64,000 nt of DNA from Podarcis filfolensis (GCA_964270895.1 OZ185443.1); one strand, 5' to 3'; shown: positions 49,481 to 60,282, numbered from the stretch's first letter. The notes: generated by a model not told the origin, from the sequence alone. Made by a program: numbers and translations.

Positions 49481-50406
49481 TTATTTCTAATGTATAATTA
49501 GGTTTACAATGAAATGGATTTTTAGGTGAATATTTTTTTATTATGACAAAAGTTGCAAAGTTGGGTTTCAATTTAGTTCATGTTATGAGATGAATGGCAG
49601 TAAATAAACTTCTTTTTAATAAAGCAACATGTACAAAGCATGCCTGCAAAACTAACGGTGAAGAAAGATGAAAAATAGCTTTTGAGTTTGTCAGTGAATA
49701 TCCACTTTACTCGTCTGTTCCAGCTAACTTTATGTGGATCATGGCCTGGAAGAGTCTCACCAGAACTTTTACACCCCCAGGGATCCATAATTTATATTCT
49801 TTTAAAAAGCCTCCCGTAAAGTCTCACCTTTCCAAAAGCTATTTCAATAAAGTTTTATTTCCAGCTCTATTTCAATTGTAATTTGACCTTGATTTCTAAA
49901 TTTCAAGAAGGTTATATCAAGAAGATTCCCTTTGAGAAGTCTGGTTTTTAAAAACATTGGCATTGTGGAACATTTTCTCGACGTAATGAAATAGTTTTTG
50001 GTGCATGTCCCTTAGGATTATTTCCCTGCTCCCCCTGTTGTTCTCATGATCCCTATGGGAAGGAATTATTACAAAAGAAGCCCGCCGCTTCCAAAAGATA
50101 GAGCTGCAGAACAAGAATTAAACTATATGTCTTCCTGCTGACAACTGGGTGATCTGATGCATGGCTGCGTGCCTCCCCTCTCTTCTAAGAACTGTATGTC
50201 TTGAAATGGAGGAGGGAAGAATGTAGCTACTCGGCCCCAAATGAACTGCTGAATGACAGCAATTGTACATTTTCTTTTCTGGTTGAGCAGGAGCTGCCTA
50301 CTCTTATGTGAACATGTGTGCACACACAGACAGAGTATTCCGTGAGTTAGCACAGTAACTTAGAATCATAGAATTGTACAGTTGGAAGGGACCCCAAGGA
50401 GCATCT

Positions 50407-50731
50407 CAGGGGCAGCCCAGTTCGTTCGCCATCTGAGGTGAAACAGGAAATGCCGCCTCCTGCCCCCTGCTTCTTCTATGCCCCCTTTCTGCTCCTCGTC
50501 ACTTCTGCCAGTAGGAGCTGAGGCATTCCACAAAGTGTTGCCACTCCGTTTCTCTGCCCAGAGGTGGAGAAGATGAGTGGGAATGCGGCACGCTGGAACG
50601 CCTCCCTCTCGCTGACAACAGTGGGGTGTTCCGATAGCAGCAGCAGCAGTGGGGCAGGCAGAGTGCTTCCTCCTGTGCTTCCGCTGCCTGAGGTGGGTGC
50701 TTCACCCTGCCTCATATGTGGGCCAGCACTG
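50407..50731. mobile_element. MITE nested in a CR1-type tail
   Basis: CAGGGGCAGCCC ... GGGCCAGCACTG with an imperfect 8-bp TSD (GAGCATCT/TGTCATCT). It interrupts an AGAATCATAGAATTG...GTCATCTAG CR1-type end. Confidence 0.6.
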
Positions 50732-50862
50732 TGTCATCTAGTTTAATCCTCTGTGATGCAGGAATCGCAGCTAAAGAATCCCTGACAGATGGCCACCCAA
50801 CCTCCTCCTGAGCATCTACCACCTCCTGAGGGAGTCCATTCCACTGTTAAACATATTTTACA

Positions 50863-50907
<45 letters not shown>

Positions 50908-50908
50908 T
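50863..50908. repeat. (TAA)n microsatellite, the tail of a minus-strand L2-type end
   Basis: Adjoins TTTATTTATACCCCGCTCTCC. Confidence 0.95.
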
Positions 50909-50950
50909 TATTTATACCCCGCTCTCCCCATCCAAAGCCGGGCTCAGGGC

Positions 50951-51224
50951 ATTTCCGTGCGTTGCTCTGGTTCACCAGAAGCAGCTTAGTCATGCTGGCC
51001 ACATGACCCGGAAGCTGTATGCCGGCTCTCTCGGCCAGTAAAGCAAGATGAGCGCCGAAACCCATTTTATCTACTTGCACTTTGACGTGCTTTCGAACTG
51101 CTAGGTTGGCAGGAGCAGGGCCCGAGCAACAGGAGCTCACCCCATTGTGGGGATTTGAATCGCCGACCTTCTGATCGGCAAGTCCTAGGCTCTGTGGTTT
51201 AACCCACAGCGTCACCCGCATCCC
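50951..51224. mobile_element. Rearranged Sauria SINE (internal inversion, no tail)
   Basis: 50951-51063 is an internal SINE segment in + orientation; 51064-51224 is the SINE head in - orientation. Confidence 0.8.
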
Positions 51225-52789
51225 ATGGTCCTTCAGATAGCCTGGTCCAAAACTGTTATGGGCTTTCAGGTCATCACTAGTACATTGGAATGGCTTCAAA
51301 GCACTCTTAACTTTGACCAGATCTTTCATATGTTCCTTACAAATGCCAATTTAATTGACATTCACACTACAGGATTTTTGTATTTTTGACGCCAAGATTG
51401 TTATCTTCTGAGAAAAGCTATATTTTTATTTTTATTTCTTTTGCGTCCATAAATGTGTTAGGATTCGGTTTCTTCGTTATCAGTGACTGTAGCACAGATA
51501 TCCGCAAACATGCAACTGTGCTCATAAAGAGAAGAAATATTATCCCCAATAAAAGAGAGCTCACCAGCAATTAATTTTCACCAGACATCTTGAGTTACCC
51601 CATCCAATTATGGAAATATATTAATTTTCTTTTCTTAGTGGAACAATGGATTAAGATATAACTTTGACTGATAAAAAGCAATCTTGCTCCTAAATTAATG
51701 TCCCCACTCTCTGTCCATGCCTAAACTATGAGTCTCCCTGTGGAAAGCACAATATTGCCCCTTTGATGAATGAAGCAACATAGTCGATTTATAGGAAGCA
51801 AATGTAATTCAGCAGCTCAGTTCTTTAATTTTGCCTGCAACCTGTACTCAGGCTTTCAAAACGGTATCTTCATGCAGCTGTGTAACTCACAGAATGGGCC
51901 TTCAGAGGAGGCTACTGTGGCTTCATTTTGTAGTAATCTTGTGAGCCTGGGCTGTACAGCCAAGGCAGCTGTCAGATAAATATGGATTACTTTATATTGG
52001 GATCTTTCCTTGAGATCTTTTATAGCCACCAGACAGATACAGCAGTCCCTCAAGTACAGAGCTCAATGCGAAAACATTTCACCTCTAGCCACAAGCTTGA
52101 TGCTGCTGTCGGAAACTGTGTATGCATATGGAAGTCTGCAAATCACCCAGGAGACACCTACAGTATGGATTTTTCAAATTCAGTTGCTACATAGGAATTG
52201 CCTGGGTGATATTTCTACCTTCCACATGCAATATGCAGCTGCTAGCTGGGTGCAAAACTGTTTGATCTTCCCTAGCACTCTATGTCTGCTTCTGCAGCAG
52301 TCAGCTTCCATACCAAACCTCACTATCTCCCATAGCATTGCCTTATATAAGATGAGGGTGCTAGCTGCTGCATAAGAGAAGGGCAAATCCAGATCTTTCA
52401 TGGGTTTTTCTAAGAGACATCTTTAGCATATAGGATGCCTTCTTCTATCCGTGTTCCTCTACTGTCTCCTCTCTCTTCCTGTTCCTAGCTCCTTATTTTC
52501 CAGATTCCACAACTTCTGTAGGGCTGAAGCTCCGTCTCAAACATACTGAAAGACTTTCTTGCCCATTCAGTCACATCTATGCCTACCTGACTATGTTCAA
52601 ACTGAATGGATCCATGAGCAAATAACAGGTCCAACTCAGGTGGTGGAACAAATCTGCATACTCCATTTACCATCAGTTGTACTATTCCTGGACCATCAGG
52701 AACTGTGAAGGAACTGTGACAAGGGTCTTCTATACTTCCACTGGACCTACCCCATGCTTGGAGCCTTGAAGGTGCAAGGATAATTGTCC

Positions 52790-52837
52790 TCATTCAGGAC
52801 AGGAATCAAAACACAACGTTGGTCTTGGAAACATCAC
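52790..52837 (-). CDS. Candidate terminal coding exon (VMFPRPTLCFDSCPE*)
   Basis: Acceptor cacacattcttatAG. All three frames close within this exon, so it behaves as a last coding exon. The exact frame is uncertain. Confidence 0.35.
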   Translation of the reverse strand: MMFPRPTLCFDSCPE

Positions 52838-53086
52838 CTATAAGAATGTGTGTGGAGTAATTGTTTACACTCCTGTTGTTAAAGTGGTGCTCAACACGAA
52901 ACTTTGCCTTCAGATACTGGCAGTCTCAATCTCTTCCCCTTGTCACAGCTTCATGGTAAAATATAACGAATTAACTGAAAAAGGTAACAGCTATAGGAAC
53001 TGAAGGTCTACTTTGAGCCAGCCTTTGCCATAAAATCATTGATGAAAAAAGGAGAAAAGGTACAAGGGGAATCCCTTCTCACTCAC

Positions 53087-53114
53087 ATAGTAGTCAAAAC
53101 TTAACATTAGTTCC
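53087..53114 (-). CDS. Candidate 28-nt exon (ELMLSFDYY), phase 2/0
   Basis: Donor TAT|GTGAGT is good; acceptor gaaacAG is weak. The phase fits the exon at 53687. Confidence 0.35.
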
Positions 53115-53686
53115 CTGTTTCAATAACCGTTGTAATAATTTACAGATAGCTTCTCCCAAAGTGCAGCTTCAAAAGGATGCCCCACTCAGTTTTTAATATA
53201 CTCCAAGTCAGGAGGAAGAAAATGCTTCCAATTGAACTCTGCCTATGGTCTCTCTCAAGGGAAATAAACCTTTTAAGAGGCAGAGAGAGTTCTCTGCACT
53301 TGATGAACATAATGAGAATGGGACATCTCATCCAAGCAGTCCAGTCCCACTATAAAGTATTTAAAGAACGACAGAATTCAGATATAGCAATTAATCATCA
53401 TATTATTTATAGTACTTCAGGAGTAGCTCACACTACATTAATCAGGGATAACGTCTGCTTAATTAACAATGCTGCCAAAAATGTCCAACAAGCCCATAAA
53501 AATAGCACAGAGTTGAAAAAGAATTGCCAAGGGATTTATAACCAGGAAACAAGGCATCGTTTTTGTTCATCCAGGTGCTTCTCCAAGCTGAACTTTCAAC
53601 ACCATTTCCAAGCACTGTGTATGTTGCAGGCCCTATCAAATCAAAACTTATTGTTATGGTCAATAACCAGTATCTATGGACCTTAC

Positions 53687-53737
53687 CTGTGGTAAGAACC
53701 TGGTAACTTGATGGCTTTCAGTGAGGCTGGCCTAACT
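53687..53737 (-). CDS. Coding exon (VRPASLKAIKLPGSYH-R), phase 2/2
   Basis: Very strong acceptor ccttgtttgtttgtctccAG and donor CAG|GTAAGG, 51 nt. Phase 2 matches the donor at 57439. Confidence 0.75.
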
Positions 53738-54374
53738 CTGGAGACAAACAAACAAGGCAACTTCAGGGGAAGCCAAAATTCCAGGGATACCTGGTACAGC
53801 TAATTAAATGTGTTGGAGGAAAACATCTTGCACCTACAAGTTTGATGGAAGGGCAGAGAGGCGGTAGAGCAGCTTGTCTGCTGGATGATTTGTCCTGCAT
53901 TGTAATTAACACAACTGCATCTTTTGGGTCTGCATACATAGGCACAGCATTATGTATTGATTTATCACCTTCCACACACATCTCAATATGATGTATAAAA
54001 TGCTATAAAAATGGCTGAAAAACAGCTTAAGACAACAGAAAAAATAGCAAATTTAAACAAAAACCAAGAACAAAACAGACACCCACAGCAGTGATTATTC
54101 ATCCAGCTGGGAATGCTTAGAACAAAAATGTCTTCATTTATTTTGTTTTGTTTGTTTTTGGAAAATGCAGATAATGAGCACCTGTCATATCTCAACAGAA
54201 TGCTGATCCACAGAATGTGGACTGCCATACTAAAATCCCTGCTTTGAGTTACTGTGGAGTGGGCTCCTGAGATCTTCCAAACTTGAAGGAGAAGCTCTCC
54301 CATAAACAACAGTGGACCTACTAGATATATAATGGTTAAAGCAATCTCTTAAATAACCTGGGTCTGAGCTGTAT

Positions 54375-54600
54375 AGGGCCCTATATGTTACTACCACAAC
54401 CTTGAACATGGCCCTGCAGCAAAATGGCAGTCAATACAAAAAACCACACAAGCAACCTAGCCACCATGTTCTGCACCAGCTGCAGCCTCCCAACCAATTT
54501 CAGGGGTAGCCCCACATAGAAAGCATTGCAGCAATCCAATCTGGAAGTTTCCAGTGCAAGGGAGGAAGCAAAACAGAAAGAGATGCTGTTTAGAGACAAC
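54375..54600 (-). mobile_element. L2 LINE fragment
   Basis: ALETSRLDCCNAFYVGLPLKLVGRLQLVQNMVARLL matches the L2 RT C-terminal motif. Confidence 0.8.
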
Positions 54601-56349
54601 CCTTAGGAGAAGGACTGCAGATTGGACACTCAACTCTCTTTAGAACAAAGGTTCAAGGTTCACTGAGTGGGGAGAAAGAATCAAAAGCTCCTTGCTATGA
54701 ACTAAAATGGAAAACAAGTACATCATGCAGAAATAGAAAACAAGTACATCATATTATGCTAGAATTGAAAACAAGTACACCATATCCTGGTTAATTCTTA
54801 TTAATTTAATGTACCATTGTGTTATGGTGCTCAATGTACAATAAAATACGTGGAAAGCATTTAATTTACCTAGCGCAGCAAAAACCTTTGTACCAACCTT
54901 GACTTTCGATGCAACTAATCAAATCAGATGCAACTGTATAATATGTAAGAAGATACCTGGCCAGCTACAAGCACACACAATCTGATTTTTAGAGTGGGCA
55001 TCCATATTTTACCGACTTTTACAAAATAGTTATTATCCAGCTCATAAAACTTTAAGTTTTTAATGAGAATGTCCAGTTGGTTAAGAAGTTCATGGCTCAT
55101 AGAGCCGACTGGATTTACAGCTCCTTATTGCTCTAACTCACATTCTGTGGGATGCTGCTTTGTAAAAAGCAAATAAAAGTCCAGCTGATTCTGCTGTGCA
55201 ACAGTGTTTTTAGCTCGCCTTCTTAAGTAATTAAATAATGCCAGGGCCTTTTCCAGTAGTAGCATGTTTATTAGGTAATCGTTCATAAAGTATGATTTTG
55301 TGAGCCCAAAGTGAAAGGCAATGGGTGCCTCCCACTTCTGTGACTTGAAAGGAAGTCTGGTAATTAAAATTAAGTGAAACCTTCAAGAGATATAGTAAGT
55401 ATATGCCTACTTTGCATGTTAGGCACAGACAAATTAGAGCATAAGATCTAGTTTAAGAGGATGATGGAATTTCACAAAATTACATGGCTATTAAAAGTTG
55501 GTTATATGCAAAGAGGTATTCTGATTTACACAAGCAAATTTATTTCAATTAGTATATGCAAATGATAATTATATCAAGTCAAAACAAATTTTTGAGAGCT
55601 TATATAATTATAGAAGGCATTAATGAATCTTTCAAGTTTAAATCTTCAGTTTGAAGACAAGTTGCTGAATAAAATATGGGAGGATGAAATTACTTCTATT
55701 ATTTAAAGCAAGTCTTCAATACGATACAGTTCCAATTAGTTAATCAGTCTTAGTTACTATATGATCTGTGGACATCCATGCAAATGAAGGCAATAAACTT
55801 CTGTATCTTCAAGCTTAAGAAAAAGCAGGACAGAAAAGACAAAGCAAAGATTCAAATTCATGTATAAAAATGTTTTCTTTGAACTTTCTTGCAATGTAGA
55901 TACTGAATGCATGGCATTATAAGTCAGTGGTACAGCACATGAATTGCCTGCAACAGGGCTAGGAATGTCCCCTGCTGAAACCCTAGAGAGCAGGTCAGTC
56001 AGTTTTGCTCATCGTGAGCTATATGGACCAATGGTCCGTCTCAGTATATGGTAGCTTTCTGTGTGACACTGGACATAACCCATAAATAGGGCAATCTGGT
56101 GGGAGACCACTAGCACATGCAACCCTCTAAAACTACAGTTTGCATTCTAACATTCCTTCCATGAATAGAAAGTGGTACCCATTTCCATTGCAGCCCCCTG
56201 CAGCAGACCCCCAATTGCTCCTGTGTTTGGGGGAGCCATTAAGGATGGTGGAGGCTACAGGCTGAAGGAGGAACTGTCAGCAAAAGCCGCTTTACAAGAA
56301 TGGAGGAACAACTTAAGAGCAACTTATTGAGTATGTATCTGTATACACA

Positions 56350-56682
56350 AGGGACGTGGGTGAGCCTAGGACTTGCCGATCAAAAGGTTGGTGGTTCAAA
56401 TCCCCGCGACGGGGTGAGCGCCTGTTGCTCAGTCCCTGCTCCTGCCAACCTAGCAGTTCGAAAGCACGTCAAAGTGCAAGTAGATAAATAGGTACCGCTC
56501 TAGCGGGAAGATAAATGACGTTTGAGTGCGCTGCTCTGGTTCGCCAGAAGTGGCTTAGTCATGCTGGCCACATGACCCGGAAGCTGTACGCCAGCTCCCT
56601 TGGCCAATAAAGCGAGATGAGCACCGCAACCCCAGAGTCGGTCACGACTGGACCTGATGGTCAGGGGTCCCTTTACCTTTAC
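56350..56682 (+). mobile_element. Sauria SINE (subfamily A)
   Basis: 14-bp TSD TATCTGTATACACA (56336-56349, 56683-56696). Confidence 0.95.
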
Positions 56683-56710
56683 TATCTGTATACACAGTGT
56701 ACTTTTACTT

Positions 56711-57078
56711 AAAGGTAAAGGTAAAGGTACCCCTGCCCGTACGGGCCAGTCTTGACAGACTCTAGGGTTGTGCGCCCATCTCACTTAAGAGGCTGGGGGC
56801 CAGTGCTGTCCGCAGACACTTCCGGGTCACGTGGCCAGTGTGACAAAGCTGCATCTGGCGAGCCAGCGCAGCACACGGAAACGCCGTTTACCTTCCCGCT
56901 GGTAAGCGGTCCCTATTTATCTACTTGCACCCGGGGGTGCTTTTGAACTGCTAGGTTGGCAGGCGCTGGGACCGAGCAACGGGAGCGCACCCTGCCACGG
57001 GGATTCAAACCGCCGACCTTTCAATCGGCAAGCCCTAGGCGCTGAGGCTTTTACCCACAGCACCATCCGCGTCCCAGG
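56711..57078 (-). mobile_element. Sauria SINE (subfamily B)
   Basis: 12-bp TSD GTACTTTTACTT (56699-56710, 57079-57090). Carries the diagnostic GTGTCTGCGGACAGC and GGCAGGGGTACC variant. Confidence 0.95.
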
Positions 57079-57438
57079 GTACTTTTACTTACTTGGACAC
57101 AAATGAACAAGTCAGTGTCTATCTAACAAAGCTTTACTCCAAACAAGTCCCCCTAAAAGATGAATAGCTCAAAAGGGTGAAGGGTAAATAAGGAAATAAA
57201 CAAAATGCAAGGGCAAATGTAGTTTCTGGAGAAATGTAGCCCTCTAGAAAACCAATCTTTGAAACACTGACTTTGATCATGCTCAAGAAGTTTCTCTAGC
57301 TAAAGAAGTAAACAGCATTGCCTGTATGAGTTTGTGTGCTCATTTTGAAACAGCAAAGAGTAAAGTGGCCCATTCCATACATGACTGTTCTATTTAACTT
57401 AATGCCTCTTGAATAATGCCTGTTCTGCTCCATCTTAC

Positions 57439-57512
57439 CTGGCAACAGAGGCAGCAAAAGGGTCATTCAGCGCACATTTAAAACTCTCCCGAAATTTAAA
57501 TGTTCTGGTTAC
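57439..57512 (-). CDS. Coding exon (VTRTFKFRESFKCALNDPFAASVA-R), phase 0/2
   Basis: Acceptor attatccAG, strong donor CAG|GTAAGA, in frame with the track ORF 57435-57665. Confidence 0.7.
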
Positions 57513-57581
57513 CTGGATAATAGCATTGTCTCCATCCAAGTGTGTTAAAATGGTAATGAAAAATATTATAGCTAATGCTAC

Positions 57582-57683
57582 CTGCAGTTTTGATCCTTTA
57601 ACTCGGCATACTCCTGACAACTTCAACACATTCTGAGTCCGAATTTTATCATCAGCGGTGCCCAAAGAAGGAATACTAATGAT
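57582..57683 (-). CDS. Coding exon (IISIPSLGTADDKIRTQNVLKLSGVCRVKGSKLQ), phase 0/0; acceptor position uncertain
   Basis: Open frame retaining CpG codons in an AT-rich context. Donor CAG|GTAGCA. The acceptor cattAG is weak; alternatives start at 57675 or 57613. Confidence 0.6.
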
Positions 57684-58056
57684 CTAATGTGGCACTACAA
57701 TACTTTCCAAAATGAATCTATCAATCAAGAAACCAATAAATTACTCAGGTGCATTATGGCAGCACTTTTTAATGTTTTGTTAGTATTCATCCCATGAATA
57801 AAGAGAGTGTTTGAGTGCATGCAGTATCATTCATTGTCAGCAATGCAAAGCGATAAAACACTAGGCTAATAAGTCATGAACAGTGTTGGATAAAATGTGT
57901 TGTCTCTTCAACAAGTGCAGAGAACTTATGTGCAATTATGCATGCCCAGTGACAGTGAGCAATTTATCTTTGTTAAGATTCCAGAAGGCTTAACTTTCCA
58001 TTGCCACAGCCATTCAAATGAGTGGGAAACTAGGGCCCAATCCCTGTATATGTTAC

Positions 58057-58076
58057 TTGAATATCACCAACTATAC
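58057..58076 (-). CDS. Candidate 20-nt micro-exon (G-IVGDIQ), phase 1/0
   Basis: cacAG|GT ATA GTT GGT GAT ATT CAA|GTAACA. It supplies the phase 1-to-0 link needed between exons 59075 and 57683. Confidence 0.4.
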
Positions 58077-58211
58077 CTGTGGCTTTAACTGAGCTACAGT
58101 TTAGCTTAGCAATGAAAGTAAGATGCCTATTAATGCCAGAGTTCTTAAATTTAGACAACTTGTATTCTGTCATGTGTGCAGTATGTGCACAACTGAAATT
58201 GTCATATGACG

Positions 58212-58996
58212 TGGCACTTGCGTGTTCAGACCTTTGAACCTTCCCCTTAAATAAATTCAGACAAGACTCAAATTTTGGTTTGGTTTTTGGCAGAATTTAG
58301 GCCACAACTTTATTGATTACAGCAAGTGAGTGGTTGCATAGGCTCTGGTTCGACTAGCTCCCTGCACCGTTGCAGATAGCACTGACCCAGGGCACCAGCA
58401 TAGGTCAGCCTAGGGTGAACACCTGGGAACAGGCTATCTCAGCCACCCAAATGCCCCCCTGGACATTGTGAAGGGTATTCTCTCAGGAGTTGACCAAACC
58501 ATCGAGTACCTGCATTCCTTTAACAGAATATCCTTCACATAGAGATAGCGAGAGTGTTCTCCCATCCCTATCACCTGAACCAGAGCCTATCCGCAACCTT
58601 ACAAGTTGTGACAATTTGCTACACGGCAGGCGAAACCCAAATGGCACCAGCCAATCAGCCAAGTGGGGAAAATTCCTGACGTGCCCCTGTCCCAACGACA
58701 GATGACACACAACAGCATAGCAAGGTCAAGCGCACAAGCCCTAAAAGTAGGGAGAGGTGGGCAGGTGTTCCAATGCACGCACCGAAAGAGGAAGCTCTGG
58801 GTCACATGCATAGGTATATATAGGTCCCTTGATCCGTTTAGCCTGCGTCCCATTGGCCTGATTAAACCCTTCATTAAACCAATTGGGTGTTGTGGCTATC
58901 CAATCATACCCACCCACAACACAGGGTTTGGTTGCCAGGTCTCACCGCAACATGTGCCCTCTTTAAGGGAGGACCTGATCTGCCAATAGTGTCACA
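58212..58996 (-). mobile_element. Solo LTR (785 bp), same family as 28300-29080
   Basis: TG...CA ends, perfect 4-bp TSD GACG, AATAAAGTTGTGGCC on the minus strand (58309-58314). Confidence 0.8.
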
Positions 58997-59074
58997 GACG
59001 TAAGTACGGTAGGTCTACTTTGTCCAAAATAAGAAGTCACCACAAGCATGGATTTGTGGTGCATGGCAGCTTAC

Positions 59075-59146
59075 CTTGGCCAAAGAGCTTTTGGACATTG
59101 ATTGGGGAGTCTGCTGCCAATACACCATCACTTCCTTTTATAAAAT
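59075..59146 (-). CDS. Coding exon (D-FIKGSDGVLAADSPINVQKLFGQ), phase 1/1
   Basis: Acceptor gtgtctctgttcAG, strong donor AAG|GTAAGC. Only one frame is open over 72 nt. Confidence 0.7.
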
Positions 59147-59382
59147 CTGAACAGAGACACACAAGGAATACTTTGAACTTAGGCAAATCACTGGTCCCTC
59201 TCATTCAATATTGTCTACCAAAACTAACACCAGCTTTCCAGGGTTTTGAACGAGACTCTTTCCCATCCCTACTGCCAGGGACTGAACCTGTCAAGTTCTG
59301 CATACAAAGTTCTTCTGCCCCTGAGCCATACAGTTTTGCTCAGAGATCAAATTTGGGACAATAGTAATTGTGGCTCAAGCAC

Positions 59383-59438
59383 CATGGATCCACCAACTTT
59401 GAATATTATCCTGAACATTCTGACAGCCTTCCTGAAAT
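59383..59438 (-). CDS. Candidate coding exon (FQEGCQNVQDNIQSWWIH), phase 2/1
   Basis: Strong acceptor ttttaccttccctAG. Donor ATG|GTGCTT is weak. Phases fit both neighbours. Confidence 0.55.
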
Positions 59439-59923
59439 CTAGGGAAGGTAAAAGAATTCATTTAGTACAATTTTCACAGCAGATTGATCTCATCCAAAGC
59501 CCCCAAATTTGCTGTCAGATTGAAACAGAACTCCCATTTGGATCACACGCCTCTCTGGATTTTGCAATGCATTTTTGGTGCAAAAAAGGTACACAGAATT
59601 ATGAAGGGGTTGGTTAGCAGAAGAAGGTGCATACAAAATGTACATTTTATTGAGGACATCATTGGAAAGTATTATTTTACATATAGGTGTGTATTTTATG
59701 TAAAAAGTGTGCACAAATGCATACAGTGGTATCCCAGTATGCAATAAGATGGGACAGGATGCTGTGACACACACAGTACGATGAAACAGGAAGCAATACA
59801 CCTATGATTGAGTGCCAAAGACACCAAAACAAGATAAAATTAGCTGCTCAGCCTATCCCTTCTGAAACCCCCAGGATTTTAGTCAAATCTGCTGTACTGT
59901 ATTCTTTATCCATGACTATTTTA

Positions 59924-60282
59924 GGGACGCGGGTGGCGCTGTGGGTAAAAGCCTCAGTGCCTAGGACTTGCCGATTGAAAGGTTGGCGGTTCGAATCCCC
60001 GCGGCGGGGTGCGCTCCCGTCGCTCAGTCCCAGCGCCTGCCAACCTAGCAGTTCGAAAGCACCTTCGGGTGCAAGTAGATAAATAGGGACCGCTTACCAG
60101 CGGGAAGGTAAATGGCGTTCCGTGTGCTGCGCTGGCTTGCCAGATGCAGCTTGTCACACTGGCCACGTGACCCGGAAGTGTCTGCGGACAGCGCTGGCTC
60201 CCGGCCTATAGAGTGAGATGAGCGCACAACCCTAGAGTCTGGCAAGACTGGCCCGAACGGGCAGGGGTACCTTTACCTTTAC
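59924..60282 (+). mobile_element. Sauria SINE (subfamily B)
   Basis: Full head to tail, TSD CTATTTTA, same variant as 56711-57078. Confidence 0.95.

Noticed and set aside
52485-52520. GIWKIRS* ending resembling the PHTF1/2 C-terminus
   Set aside because: Only a few residues match and the upstream sequence is unlike PHTF, so no gene symbol was assigned.
53575-53691. Plus-strand exon-like segment (ccAG|VLLQAELSTPFPSTVYVAGPIKSKLIVMVNNQYLWTLPV|GTAAGA) and the 172-aa ORF 53177-53695
   Set aside because: No chain of phase-compatible plus-strand partner exons was found, and it overlaps the stronger minus-strand exon 53737-53687 that fits a multi-exon chain. It is not excluded, only unsupported.
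54710-54783. Repeat-spacer pattern as a CRISPR-like array
   Set aside because: The DNA is eukaryotic, there are only three units, the spacers are 9-14 nt and there are no cas genes.
57432-57548. Plus-strand frame ILPGNRGSKRVIQRTFKTLPKFKCSGYLDNSIVSIQVC*
   Set aside because: It is the codon-aligned antisense shadow of the minus-strand exon, which has the better splice sites.
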